Both the position numbers and the translations under genes were made by a program. From a virus (taxonomy: Duplodnaviria > Caudoviricetes), in IMG/VR virus record IMGVR_UViG_3300017653_000221, positions 1 to 35,888 of that record: a DNA stretch of 35,888 nt; one strand, written 5' to 3'. The notes below the pieces were generated by a model, which was given only the letters and a program-made list of their open reading frames with translations, was not told the DNA's origin and did not search any database. Positions 1-7,576 of the stretch are shown here, piece after piece. Every line of letters begins with the position of its first letter. Within the stretch, counting starts at the first letter, position 1.

Positions 1-375
1 TTATCGGTTTTGCGTCTGTTTCGTCCGATAAAACTCGTTGAACAGCTTCATCAATGCCCGTTTTTCGATCCGCGAGACGTACGAACGGGAGATGCCCAGC
101 TCACGCGCAATTTCCCGCTGGGTTTTTTCTTTGTCCTGGTCCAAACCAAATCTGCCGATAATCACTTCTTTTTCCCGCTCATCGAGAATGTGAATGTGCT
201 GGTAGATCTTATTGGATTCCAGCTTCAGCTGTACGGCATCCACGACCTCGTCCGTCTCTGTTCCCAGGACGTCGATCAAAGTAATTTCGTTGCCCTCCTT
301 GTCCGTACCGATCGGGTCGTGCAGGGACACGTCCTTTTTGGTTTTTTTCAGACTGCGGAGGTGCATGAGGATTTC
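1..375 (-). pseudogene. sigK: 3' half of interrupted sigK (spoIIIC-equivalent), expected to be restored on element excision
   Basis: Translates [37 protein letters not shown]...[25 protein letters not shown], the SigK C-terminal half; similarity stops upstream of EIL, where the conserved RCIEN is missing; stop at 1-3. Confidence 0.95.
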
Positions 376-400
376 GGTTCTAAAGTCAGACGTGTTGCAT
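365..400. other. att junction between prophage and sigK 3' half; crossover about 373-377
   Basis: Frame reads DFRT|EILMH instead of CIEN|EILMH; about 25 bp from the recombinase stop; same ENE codon region as B. subtilis skin. Confidence 0.75.
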
Positions 401-1902
401 TAAAACGTAAAGATCTCGATATGATCTTCAAATACCCTGACCTCTTTTACAACATGGCGGATCAGATTTTGTTTATCTTCAAGAGTCAATTCATCGGGTG
501 CTTTCGATAAATAGTACTCAGCAGCTTCTTTAATCAGATTTTTTGAGTATGAGTTTTCTGCAAACATTTGGCGTTGATTACGTAACTCATTAATCTGGTT
601 AGTTAGCCGTTCTTCCTTTTCTTTGAGTTCACGCAACTGCTGCCTGATCTCTTCCTCCCCGATATCTTCTTCTCCTTCTGCAAACAGTTTTAAGAGTCGC
701 TTTCGTCCATTCTTTGTTTTTTCAAGTTCCTTCTCGATCCGCTCGATTTCCAAAAGTTCAAATGCTACAGACTCCTTCGTTTCTGTTGCCGCAGCAATTT
801 CATCTGGATTATCCAGCCACGCTCTTACAGTTTCCCAAACCTCTGCATCTACTTCTTCGCACTTAATTCTACGGCGACAGCCAGAATTTTTTGCTCCTGC
901 TGTGTTTTTTTCATCTGAATACATTAAGATGTCTCTGCCCCAGTTCTTTGTTTTTCTCCCTGTCATGGTATTTCCGCAGTCGCCACATCGCAGTAAACCA
1001 CTCAAGAGATACTTATTCATACTGGTACCAGACCATCTTCTCCTTGATTCGCCTATCAACCGCTGTGCGTGCTCAAATTTTATCTCATCTATAATAGGTG
1101 GACACGTTATCCTGATCCATTCTTCTTTTGGACGTTCTTTCATTTTTACTCGTTCGTCTGGAGACTTGTGTTTGTTTCCCAGCATTCCTTCTGTGTTCCA
1201 ACGGTTTTGGTAAAACTCACCGATATATGCTCTGTTCATTATAATCTGTCGAACCACCTGGCGATGCCAAACTCCTGCGCCGCGTTTGGTCGGTATACCT
1301 TTATCCGTTAAGTATTTCGCAATTCCATTTATTCCACGAACAATATCATTCGGTTGTGTAAATAAATCAAAAATCAATTTGACGATTGCTGCCTCTTCCT
1401 CTTTTATTACAAATTGCTCTGCTTCTTTATCAAAGGAGTATCCATAAACTTGAAAATCCCTGAGTACTCGTCCCTGTCGGGCCTTCTCTCGCCGTCCTCG
1501 GCTCATACGCTCGTTAATTTTTGCTTTTTCAAATTCTGCAATAGCGCCGCGCATGCTGTAAAATAGATTACCTTCTGGAGTCTTTGCGTATTCGCCGCTC
1601 ACAAAGACGAGTTCAGCTCCGCGCTTTTCAAACTCATCTGTAACTATAAGCTGGTTCATCAGTTTTCGTGCCAGGCGGTCCGGATCCAAACATATGATTT
1701 TAGTGATTAGACCACCTTTTACATCACTTCTTAACTGGGTCAAAGCTGGCCTCTCAAGGAATTCCCCCGAGTGCCCGTCATCAATATACAGTTTTACCTC
1801 ATCAGTCCCTGCTTTCTTCTTTCCTTCCCTGATCTGAAAGTCTATACTGAATCCGCTCTTCGCCTGCTCCTCCGTACTCACCCGGGCGTATATTCCTATC
1901 AT
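400..1902 (-). CDS. spoIVCA: Large serine recombinase, SpoIVCA/CisA-like
   Basis: IYARVSTEEQ catalytic motif, DPDRLAR, recombinase domain, LSGLLRCGDCG zinc ribbon, coiled coil; 500 aa; GGAG RBS; adjacent to split sigK. Confidence 0.92.
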   Translation of the reverse strand: MIGIYARVSTEEQAKSGFSIDFQIREGKKKAGTDEVKLYIDDGHSGEFLERPALTQLRSDVKGGLITKIICLDPDRLARKLMNQLIVTDEFEKRGAELVFVSGEYAKTPEGNLFYSMRGAIAEFEKAKINERMSRGRREKARQGRVLRDFQVYGYSFDKEAEQFVIKEEEAAIVKLIFDLFTQPNDIVRGINGIAKYLTDKGIPTKRGAGVWHRQVVRQIIMNRAYIGEFYQNRWNTEGMLGNKHKSPDERVKMKERPKEEWIRITCPPIIDEIKFEHAQRLIGESRRRWSGTSMNKYLLSGLLRCGDCGNTMTGRKTKNWGRDILMYSDEKNTAGAKNSGCRRRIKCEEVDAEVWETVRAWLDNPDEIAAATETKESVAFELLEIERIEKELEKTKNGRKRLLKLFAEGEEDIGEEEIRQQLRELKEKEERLTNQINELRNQRQMFAENSYSKNLIKEAAEYYLSKAPDELTLEDKQNLIRHVVKEVRVFEDHIEIFTF

Positions 1903-1996
1903 ACAGTTTCTCCTTCCTGTATTTCTCTAATAAATAATGATAACAGGCAGAACGAATACTGTCAGTACAATTTCCGGGTATTATTCTTACATGCAC
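1802..1996 (-). CDS. Small protein overlapping the recombinase 5' end; candidate recombination directionality factor
   Basis: GTG start about 6 nt after GGGGGGA RBS; 64 aa; upstream of and overlapping the recombinase in another frame. Confidence 0.5.
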   Translation of the reverse strand: MHVRIIPGNCTDSIRSACYHYLLEKYRKEKLYDRNIRPGEYGGAGEERIQYRLSDQGRKEESRD

Positions 1997-2016
1997 CGCT
2001 CATCCCCCCCTTGTCA

Positions 2017-2050
2017 GAGGGTATGCATATGGGGCTTGTCAAAAGTAGAC
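2017..2050 (-). promoter_or_regulatory. Possible mother-cell (SigE/SigK-type) promoter for small ORF plus recombinase
   Basis: Minus strand GTCTActtttgacaagccccatatgCATACCCT has a CATAnnnT -10; two GACAAG motifs nearby resemble SpoIIID sites; -35 spacing imperfect. Confidence 0.35.
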
Positions 2051-2060
2051 CTTTTTCGAT

Positions 2061-2088
2061 AAAGGAATCGACTGAGAAAAAACCGAAT
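2061..2088 (+). promoter_or_regulatory. SigH-like promoter for XRE gene
   Basis: AAAGGAATC-12 nt-ACCGAAT versus consensus RNAGGAWWW-11/12-RNNGAAT. Confidence 0.55.
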
Positions 2089-2110
2089 GAACCCATTTGA
2101 GGTGGGTACA

Positions 2111-2311
2111 TTGTCGCTCAGAAATACGCTTCGGGATTTAAGATTTGACTTTAAAATGGATCAAAACGATTTTGCTGATTTTTTAGGGGTAAGCAGGCCA
2201 CTGTATAACCGATGGGAAAGGAACAAATCCCAACCCAGTTTAGAGTGGGCAATCAAGATTTCATACAAGACCGATCGTCCTATACAAAGCTTTATTCATC
2301 TCGACCCTTAG
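2111..2311 (+). CDS. XRE-family HTH regulator
   Basis: LRDLR...MDQNDFADFLGVSRPLYNRWERNKSQPSLE; TTG start after GAGGTG. Confidence 0.85.
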   Translation: MSLRNTLRDLRFDFKMDQNDFADFLGVSRPLYNRWERNKSQPSLEWAIKISYKTDRPIQSFIHLDP

Positions 2312-2324
2312 CAGGGTCTTTTTC
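2303..2324 (+). terminator. Intrinsic terminator
   Basis: GACCCT-tagc-AGGGTC then T-run. Confidence 0.7.
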
Positions 2325-2455
2325 TATTTGTATCTACATAGATACTTTTTTTATCAGGTCAGGCATAAAGGACAATCAGCACCGCATCAGATAGTAACAC
2401 AACAGCCCGGAGCGATCTGCTACCAGGCGGAACATAACAGTGGGAGGTGTGGTGT

Positions 2456-2647
2456 ATGGCTACAGAGCGCAAACAAGTGGCGTTTAACGTGGATGATCCT
2501 CTTGAAAAGGCATGTTATGAGTATGCCAGATCGATCAACTTTAGCAAGTGGGTGAAAGATCGGCTCAAGCATACGGTCCTTTCCATCCAAGCCCAACGGG
2601 CCCAAAAAGAAAACCGCCCGGGGGAAGGCGGTCAAATTAAAGCGTAG
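2456..2647 (+). CDS. Small putative ribbon-helix-helix-like DNA-binding protein
   Basis: GGGAGGTG RBS; MATERKQVAFNVDDPLEKACYEYARSINFSKWVKDRL has a strand-helix-helix pattern. Confidence 0.6.
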   Translation: MATERKQVAFNVDDPLEKACYEYARSINFSKWVKDRLKHTVLSIQAQRAQKENRPGEGGQIKA

Positions 2648-2700
2648 GTTATGGCAGCAACACCGCCGATGATGAGTCCAATTCCGATACCAAGTATCAC
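2632..2700 (-). CDS. 22-aa hydrophobic peptide MILGIGIGLIIGGVAAITYALI
   Basis: GAGGGGTGA RBS then GTG; single TM helix; below the ORF-track cutoff. Confidence 0.5.
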   Translation of the reverse strand: MILGIGIGLIIGGVAAITYALI

Positions 2701-2768
2701 GCAAATCACCCCTCTTCTTTTACTATGAGTTTGCCCCGCAAGGGGAAAAACATTCGGAGGTGTCCAGC

Positions 2769-3197
2769 ATGATCATCAAAATCAATGGTGTACCGCTGAC
2801 AACAGCGGGAATAAATCAGCAGGTGGCGATCCGCCGAAACCCAAAGCTCCAAAGGCTCGCGATCACGCTTTGGACGTTCGCGGGCAGTCTTCTGACCGCT
2901 CCAGCACTCGCAAACTCTGGGAGCATGGAGTCGGTTCTCACTCTATGGGGCAGTTTCAGTCCGATGTTCGGGACGATTCAGGGTCTCGCTTTGGTGATCG
3001 GAACCCTTGGCTTACTCGCGGGAATCGTGATTGTGATCTTCCAACGTCGAGTCGGACGCATGACACTCATGACGGCGGGCGGTATCATACTGGGGACAGC
3101 TCTGGTGCCGTCGATGGTCCTCCTCCTGTACTTTCTGGGAGCGATGCTGAACGACGCAATTCAGGCAGGCATCCGGTCCGCTTTTCTCGTCAAGTAA
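2769..3197 (+). CDS. Membrane protein, VirB2/TrbC pilin-like topology
   Basis: GGAGGTG RBS; signal-like segment ending APALA, then two TM helices split by a basic loop (FQRRVGR). Confidence 0.65.
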   Translation: MIIKINGVPLTTAGINQQVAIRRNPKLQRLAITLWTFAGSLLTAPALANSGSMESVLTLWGSFSPMFGTIQGLALVIGTLGLLAGIVIVIFQRRVGRMTLMTAGGIILGTALVPSMVLLLYFLGAMLNDAIQAGIRSAFLVK

Positions 3198-3208
3198 ATT
3201 GGAAGGTA

Positions 3209-5305
3209 GTGAAGGTTGTCCCTCGCCTCTCCACAACCAACGAAGATGTTGAGCATTTTGCGGCTCCGCTGGCAGACGGGTACCAGGAATTCGTAGATCT
3301 CCTTGCGGTTGCAGCTGAGGAGTGGCGATGGCCGGAACGCGAGCGAATATTCTGGGAAACTGTAATCACTCGGGAACGTTATGAAATCCGGATGGCGACA
3401 CCGGATCATACCGCTGAGCTCGCACAGCAACAGGTGGATGCTACATGGCCCACTGCCCTCATTGAGCCTGTCGTAGAAGATCATTTGGCGCCATTCGGCT
3501 CAGACACAGACGCCTGGCAGCTTCGCCTCCGCTTTCCCAATTTCCTCTCGCTATCCACTGATCGGCGCAAGCTTGCTCCCCTGCCTCAGCTCCTTGAACT
3601 ATCCCGGCAGTTCCGTGTCGATGATTATGCTGTCGTACAACTCGGATTCCAGGCGTCGGAGCCGGACTGGTGGAAGGACGCTGCAGCCGACCGGCGGGAC
3701 TTCGATAAAGGTAACAAACCCCGGGGCTGGCGGAGGGGTGGTAATCTCACAGAGGCAACCGAGCAGAAACTTTCCAGCCAAGGATTTGATTTTGCCCTTC
3801 GGATTCTCGTACTCTCTACTGATTCGCGCCGGAGGCAGCGTCTTGGCCGCGGCTTGTGTACAGCATTGGCGAGTCTTAACGGCGACAATCAGTTGCGTGC
3901 CGGACGTGTACCCGCGTGGCGACTGTCCCGTTTCTTACGTGATGCACGCGCACGGCGTATATCAGTCCCTTTCTTTTCATCGCGACGAGACATTTTGACT
4001 CCGCCGGAGATTGGCCGGATGATACAGCTGCCACCGAAGTCTCTGCAGGAAGAATACATGGGAGTGGCAGCCAAGACACAGCGTGAATCGAAGGCACCGG
4101 CGATAGTCAGGCAGGGCGGGCTAAAGCTGGGTACGGTCGAACAGAAGGAAGGGACCTATGAAGTGTTTATGCCAATCAGCAATCACGATGAGCTTTGTCT
4201 GCCCCGGGTGGTTATCGGCGGCATGGGATCGGGGAAAACGCGGGGATACGGGGCCAATCTAGTAGTCGAGGCCGTACGGGAGGGATTTGGAGCTCTTGTC
4301 ATCGACCCTGCCAAAGGGGAGATCGGGAATGAGGTAGAGGCTGTGCTACTGCCAGAAAAGGTGAAACGGTTTCGGATTGATGGCAGCGTGCCGATCGCTC
4401 TGGACTTCTGTGAGGTTATGTACTCGTCCCGGGCGCGCAACCGCCTGGCCAACAGCATGATCAGCTTTTTCAACTCTGCAACCGACGAGGCCGGCGCCCA
4501 AACCGCCCGTTATCTGCGCGCTGCAATCATGGCTATGCAGACGTCTAAGCTGGCCGAGATCATGCGGATATTCGAGGACAATGCCTACCGAAATGCCTGC
4601 ATAGAGAAGATGCCAGCTGGTATCCATCGCTCCACTCTATGCGATTTCGGGGGGATGTCTGACGGCAAGCGCGGACAGATCCTCAGTCCCATCTATAACC
4701 GTTTGGACACCATCCTCGGCGATGAGTATCTGGCAGAATGTTTCGACTCGGATAATTCGCTGGACTTGGTTGCTCTCATGTCGGAGCCCCACGCGGTCAT
4801 CTTTGATGTGCCGAAGACTGCTCTTGGTCCAGAAGGAGTCGATCTAATTGTAAACCTACTGTCCGTCAAGATCGATCTGGCGATGACGCTGCGCGAGGAG
4901 GCCAAACAGTTCCCCTTCCTTGTTATCTACGACGAACCCCACCAGTTCCTCCGCTCGGCGCGCGCTTGGAAGTCCGCTGCCGTAGAGTCGCGGAAATGGC
5001 GCGTTGGGTACTGCTGGATGTTCCACAGTTGGGAGCAGATCCCGGGTGATCTGGCCGAGATTATTCGAAGCGCTGGGCCGCACTATCACATTTACCGGGC
5101 CAGCAAAAAGACCTTCACAGAGCTGCGAGAAGAACTGGAACCATTCACCCTGGAAGAATACATCAAAATGCCAAAGTGGCATGCATTGAACGTCCTCCGG
5201 GTTGGCGACGAGCAACACACAGTCTTTATGGCTCGTATGACATCGCCGCCCAGTATGAAGCACAACGCATCAGATCACACCACTACCCAGCGATCCACAG
5301 CATAA
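3209..5305 (+). CDS. VirD4/VirB4/HerA-FtsK superfamily P-loop ATPase (start uncertain)
   Basis: Walker A GGMGSGKT, VIDPAKGE, Walker B VIYDEPHQF, ESRKWRVG arginine-finger-like motif; frame open from 2870 but overlaps the previous gene. Confidence 0.8.
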   Translation: MKVVPRLSTTNEDVEHFAAPLADGYQEFVDLLAVAAEEWRWPERERIFWETVITRERYEIRMATPDHTAELAQQQVDATWPTALIEPVVEDHLAPFGSDTDAWQLRLRFPNFLSLSTDRRKLAPLPQLLELSRQFRVDDYAVVQLGFQASEPDWWKDAAADRRDFDKGNKPRGWRRGGNLTEATEQKLSSQGFDFALRILVLSTDSRRRQRLGRGLCTALASLNGDNQLRAGRVPAWRLSRFLRDARARRISVPFFSSRRDILTPPEIGRMIQLPPKSLQEEYMGVAAKTQRESKAPAIVRQGGLKLGTVEQKEGTYEVFMPISNHDELCLPRVVIGGMGSGKTRGYGANLVVEAVREGFGALVIDPAKGEIGNEVEAVLLPEKVKRFRIDGSVPIALDFCEVMYSSRARNRLANSMISFFNSATDEAGAQTARYLRAAIMAMQTSKLAEIMRIFEDNAYRNACIEKMPAGIHRSTLCDFGGMSDGKRGQILSPIYNRLDTILGDEYLAECFDSDNSLDLVALMSEPHAVIFDVPKTALGPEGVDLIVNLLSVKIDLAMTLREEAKQFPFLVIYDEPHQFLRSARAWKSAAVESRKWRVGYCWMFHSWEQIPGDLAEIIRSAGPHYHIYRASKKTFTELREELEPFTLEEYIKMPKWHALNVLRVGDEQHTVFMARMTSPPSMKHNASDHTTTQRSTA

Positions 5306-5345
5306 AAATAAGGCCCCCAACCCTTTTGGGAAGGAGGCCATACTT
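5303..5345. terminator. Probable bidirectional terminator between convergent operons
   Basis: A-run, GGCCCCC-AACCC...GGGAAGGAGGCC imperfect stem. Confidence 0.5.
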
Positions 5346-5405
5346 TTGCCTAACGCTCGCTTGCGCCTTCGCGCTACACTAGAGCGTATGCTGGGACGAT
5401 AGATT

Positions 5406-5747
5406 TTATGCCTGGACGCCAACAATTCTATCCATGGGAATCCATTGACTTTCTTCATCATTCACCAGTTTGATCCGGCGCGCATGTTGGTCGATCCACT
5501 TAACTACGCCCCACATGCTGCAGGTATTACCCAGTTCTCCCTTTACCGGCTTCCACCAAGTCACAGTTATGGCATAGTCCTCACTGGCTGAGTCACGGAT
5601 CAGGTAATGGAATGACTCGAGCTCGTCTTGTTCAAGCACTGGCTGCGCGATCAGTTTTTCGTCCTCTTTTAGTTGTAGGTACATTGCCCGTTGCTCCGGC
5701 AGCACCCACCGACTCGCCCCGAATATGTTGTCTACCTTGCTTGCCAT
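5406..5747 (-). CDS. YolD-like family protein
   Basis: SRWVLPEQR N-terminal motif, GVVKWID...IKL...WIPMDRIV C-terminus; SOS operon context. Confidence 0.8.
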   Translation of the reverse strand: MASKVDNIFGASRWVLPEQRAMYLQLKEDEKLIAQPVLEQDELESFHYLIRDSASEDYAITVTWWKPVKGELGNTCSMWGVVKWIDQHARRIKLVNDEESQWIPMDRIVGVQA

Positions 5748-5974
5748 GATGTTGGCCCCTTTCTTTCCCACGCCTCAAGGATAACGATCTTGTCTGGTTC
5801 TGATCGCTGCCATTAGATATACTCTTCTCGCGCCAGGACTTCCAACACTGTCATGATGCCACCACGATTGCGTCCGGTCTTGATACATAATTCATCTACC
5901 GTCGGTGTACGGCGGCGTCCGGCAGAGTAATTCCCAATCACGCGCAGAACTTTACGCTCAATATCAGACAGCAC
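5732..5974 (-). pseudogene. LexA-N-terminus-like winged-helix protein with internal stop at 5813-5815
   Basis: GGTGGTGA RBS; MLSDIERKVLRVIGNYSAGRRRTPTVDELCIKTGRNRGGIMTVLEVLAREEYI*WQRSEPDKIVILEAWERK; frame stays open after TAA. Confidence 0.6.
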
Positions 5975-6179
5975 GGTCAGTCACCACCGGCTGAATCGCA
6001 AGGATATTGCCAATGGCAAAGACCCTCGGGGCCTTGCGAGTTAGGCAGTAAGCTTTCAGGCGATCCCCCACTAACTCCAAAGGTCTGATGATGCGCTGTG
6101 TTGCCTCACCTGTGCTGCCAAGGTAGATAATTTGTACGTTTTGTTGCTGCTTAATCGCTCGTTGTAGTTCTTTTTCCAA
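5964..6179 (-). CDS. Stand-alone WYL-like domain protein
   Basis: VQIIYLGSTGEATQRIIRP...LKAYCLTRKAPRVF; TTG start after GGAGG. Confidence 0.75.
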   Translation of the reverse strand: MEKELQRAIKQQQNVQIIYLGSTGEATQRIIRPLELVGDRLKAYCLTRKAPRVFAIGNILAIQPVVTDRAV

Positions 6180-6197
6180 GTTGTTCGCCTCCGAAAC

Positions 6198-6242
6198 AGA
6201 ACGTTTGTTTGTATTATATGCGAACATTAGTTCGATTATCAA
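6198..6242 (-). promoter_or_regulatory. SigA promoter overlapped by two LexA (Cheo) boxes
   Basis: CGAACATTAGTTCG at 6221-6234 (perfect) and AGAACGTTTGTTTG at 6198-6211; TTGATA-18-TATAAT on the minus strand. Confidence 0.88.
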
Positions 6243-6262
6243 GCAAAAAAAATACCCCACAA

Positions 6263-6628
6263 TTAGTGGAGTACTGTTCCCCATCCATCTGGCGGGCCAA
6301 GGATAACGTTCCCTCCGCTGCCTTCACCTGGACCGAACGTTAGTCTGTCTGGATATCCGTCTCCCTCTTGGGGGCCATAATATTGAAGTGGTGACGGTGG
6401 ATCGAAGGGGCCGAAGTGGGCTTGGCTGCCATCACCTTCAGGAGATCCTACGTGCCATTTCGGGACATTATCATCATATCCGGGGCCACCATCAAGTTTC
6501 CATTCTGGGCCAGTAAACAAATAATCCCTATGCTGATCACTTCCACAAGTAATCAGATCAGGACGGTCTTCACCAACAAGGACTGGGTCCGGTCGGTCTC
6601 CAAGTCCAAATAAAATGCGAAGTTCCAT
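6263..6628 (-). CDS. Gly/Pro/Asp-rich repeat protein of unknown function
   Basis: AAAGGAGG RBS, TATGAT -10 upstream, hairpin plus T-run downstream; repeated hydrophobic-x-hydrophobic-G-P units. Confidence 0.7.
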   Translation of the reverse strand: MELRILFGLGDRPDPVLVGEDRPDLITCGSDQHRDYLFTGPEWKLDGGPGYDDNVPKWHVGSPEGDGSQAHFGPFDPPSPLQYYGPQEGDGYPDRLTFGPGEGSGGNVILGPPDGWGTVLH

Positions 6629-6671
6629 AGTGTCGCCTCCTTTACTCTATCATACATATTTATCCAAAAAT

Positions 6672-6696
6672 GAAAAGACACCTATGAGGTGTCTTC
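6672..6696 (-). terminator. Terminator after DUF3037 gene
   Basis: AAGACACC-tatga-GGTGTCTT hairpin with T-run on the minus strand. Confidence 0.7.
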
Positions 6697-7576
6697 AAGA
6701 AACTAATTCTGCTAAGTCGTGTGCTTCGTTCTCAATCCGCTGACATAATAATTCTAGTTTTGATTGATCTGCAATGTCTAATGGGACTACACGTTCATCG
6801 GATTTACGGAAGAAGTTGACCACTTGTACGGTTTCAAAATTGGATTCAATATCTTGAGTGGTTTGGTACATTAAATATAGCTTCATATCGTCTTCATACG
6901 TATCGAGTAAGAGTTTGGTTTTGGCAAACCAATCGGTATTTCTTGTTCCACTCGATTGCTTTAAGGAGACCACTTGCATATAGTTCCATATGCCATTCTT
7001 AAACCCAAAATCGATAGGAACCTTTATTACATCATCTAAGCCTAAAATTGGTTTAATGGTGAAGTCCCTGCGTATTTTTTTCATGAGGTGTTTCTGTTCG
7101 AACGTATTTCGCAGGTACTTTTTTACATTCATTTCTCGTTGCTCGACAATCATAAATTTTGACCCGATATATGTCGCGAATAAGGAATCAAACAATTGAT
7201 CTACATTTCCTGTTTTTGCAAATGTAGGTTCCGACAAAAACATTTGCTCTCCATCCAAGGATTTGTATAACCCCTGTAGGTAAAATCGGTCGAAGCCGGA
7301 GTTGTAACCCTCCTGCTCTTCGGTGCATATGAAGAGATTTGAGGATGTTGTTTCCAACAGATATTCGATATATTCCTTGGATATTTTGTACATATCCAGA
7401 TCAACTTTACTATTAGCAATTCCTTTGATCTTTACGTTATTCTCGTCCAGTAATCTATACCGGAGAATATGCATGTCTGAAGACGAATGGAGAATCAGAC
7501 CTACGTTTACAATTTCACCTGCAGTAGGGTCATTACAGTACCGAATTACACTGTACCAGCACTCCTTCCGTTCCAT
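6695..7576 (-). CDS. DUF3037-like domain protein
   Basis: WYSVIRYCNDPTAGEIVNVGLIL N-terminal signature; IDFGFKNG in the C-terminal part; overlaps the kinase gene. Confidence 0.8.
   Translation of the reverse strand: MERKECWYSVIRYCNDPTAGEIVNVGLILHSSSDMHILRYRLLDENNVKIKGIANSKVDLDMYKISKEYIEYLLETTSSNLFICTEEQEGYNSGFDRFYLQGLYKSLDGEQMFLSEPTFAKTGNVDQLFDSLFATYIGSKFMIVEQREMNVKKYLRNTFEQKHLMKKIRRDFTIKPILGLDDVIKVPIDFGFKNGIWNYMQVVSLKQSSGTRNTDWFAKTKLLLDTYEDDMKLYLMYQTTQDIESNFETVQVVNFFRKSDERVVPLDIADQSKLELLCQRIENEAHDLAELVS

Noticed and set aside
1-366. Stand-alone small sigma factor starting at Met 366
   Set aside because: No RBS; SigK similarity continues upstream to EIL, so it is a split-gene fragment
2870-3208. 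N-terminal 113 aa of the 811-aa ATPase ORF
   Set aside because: Overlaps the pilin-like gene, which has the strong RBS; the translation looks like an off-frame read
2456-5305. Complete ICE or conjugation system
   Set aside because: No relaxase, VirB6-like channel, hydrolase or second ATPase in the window
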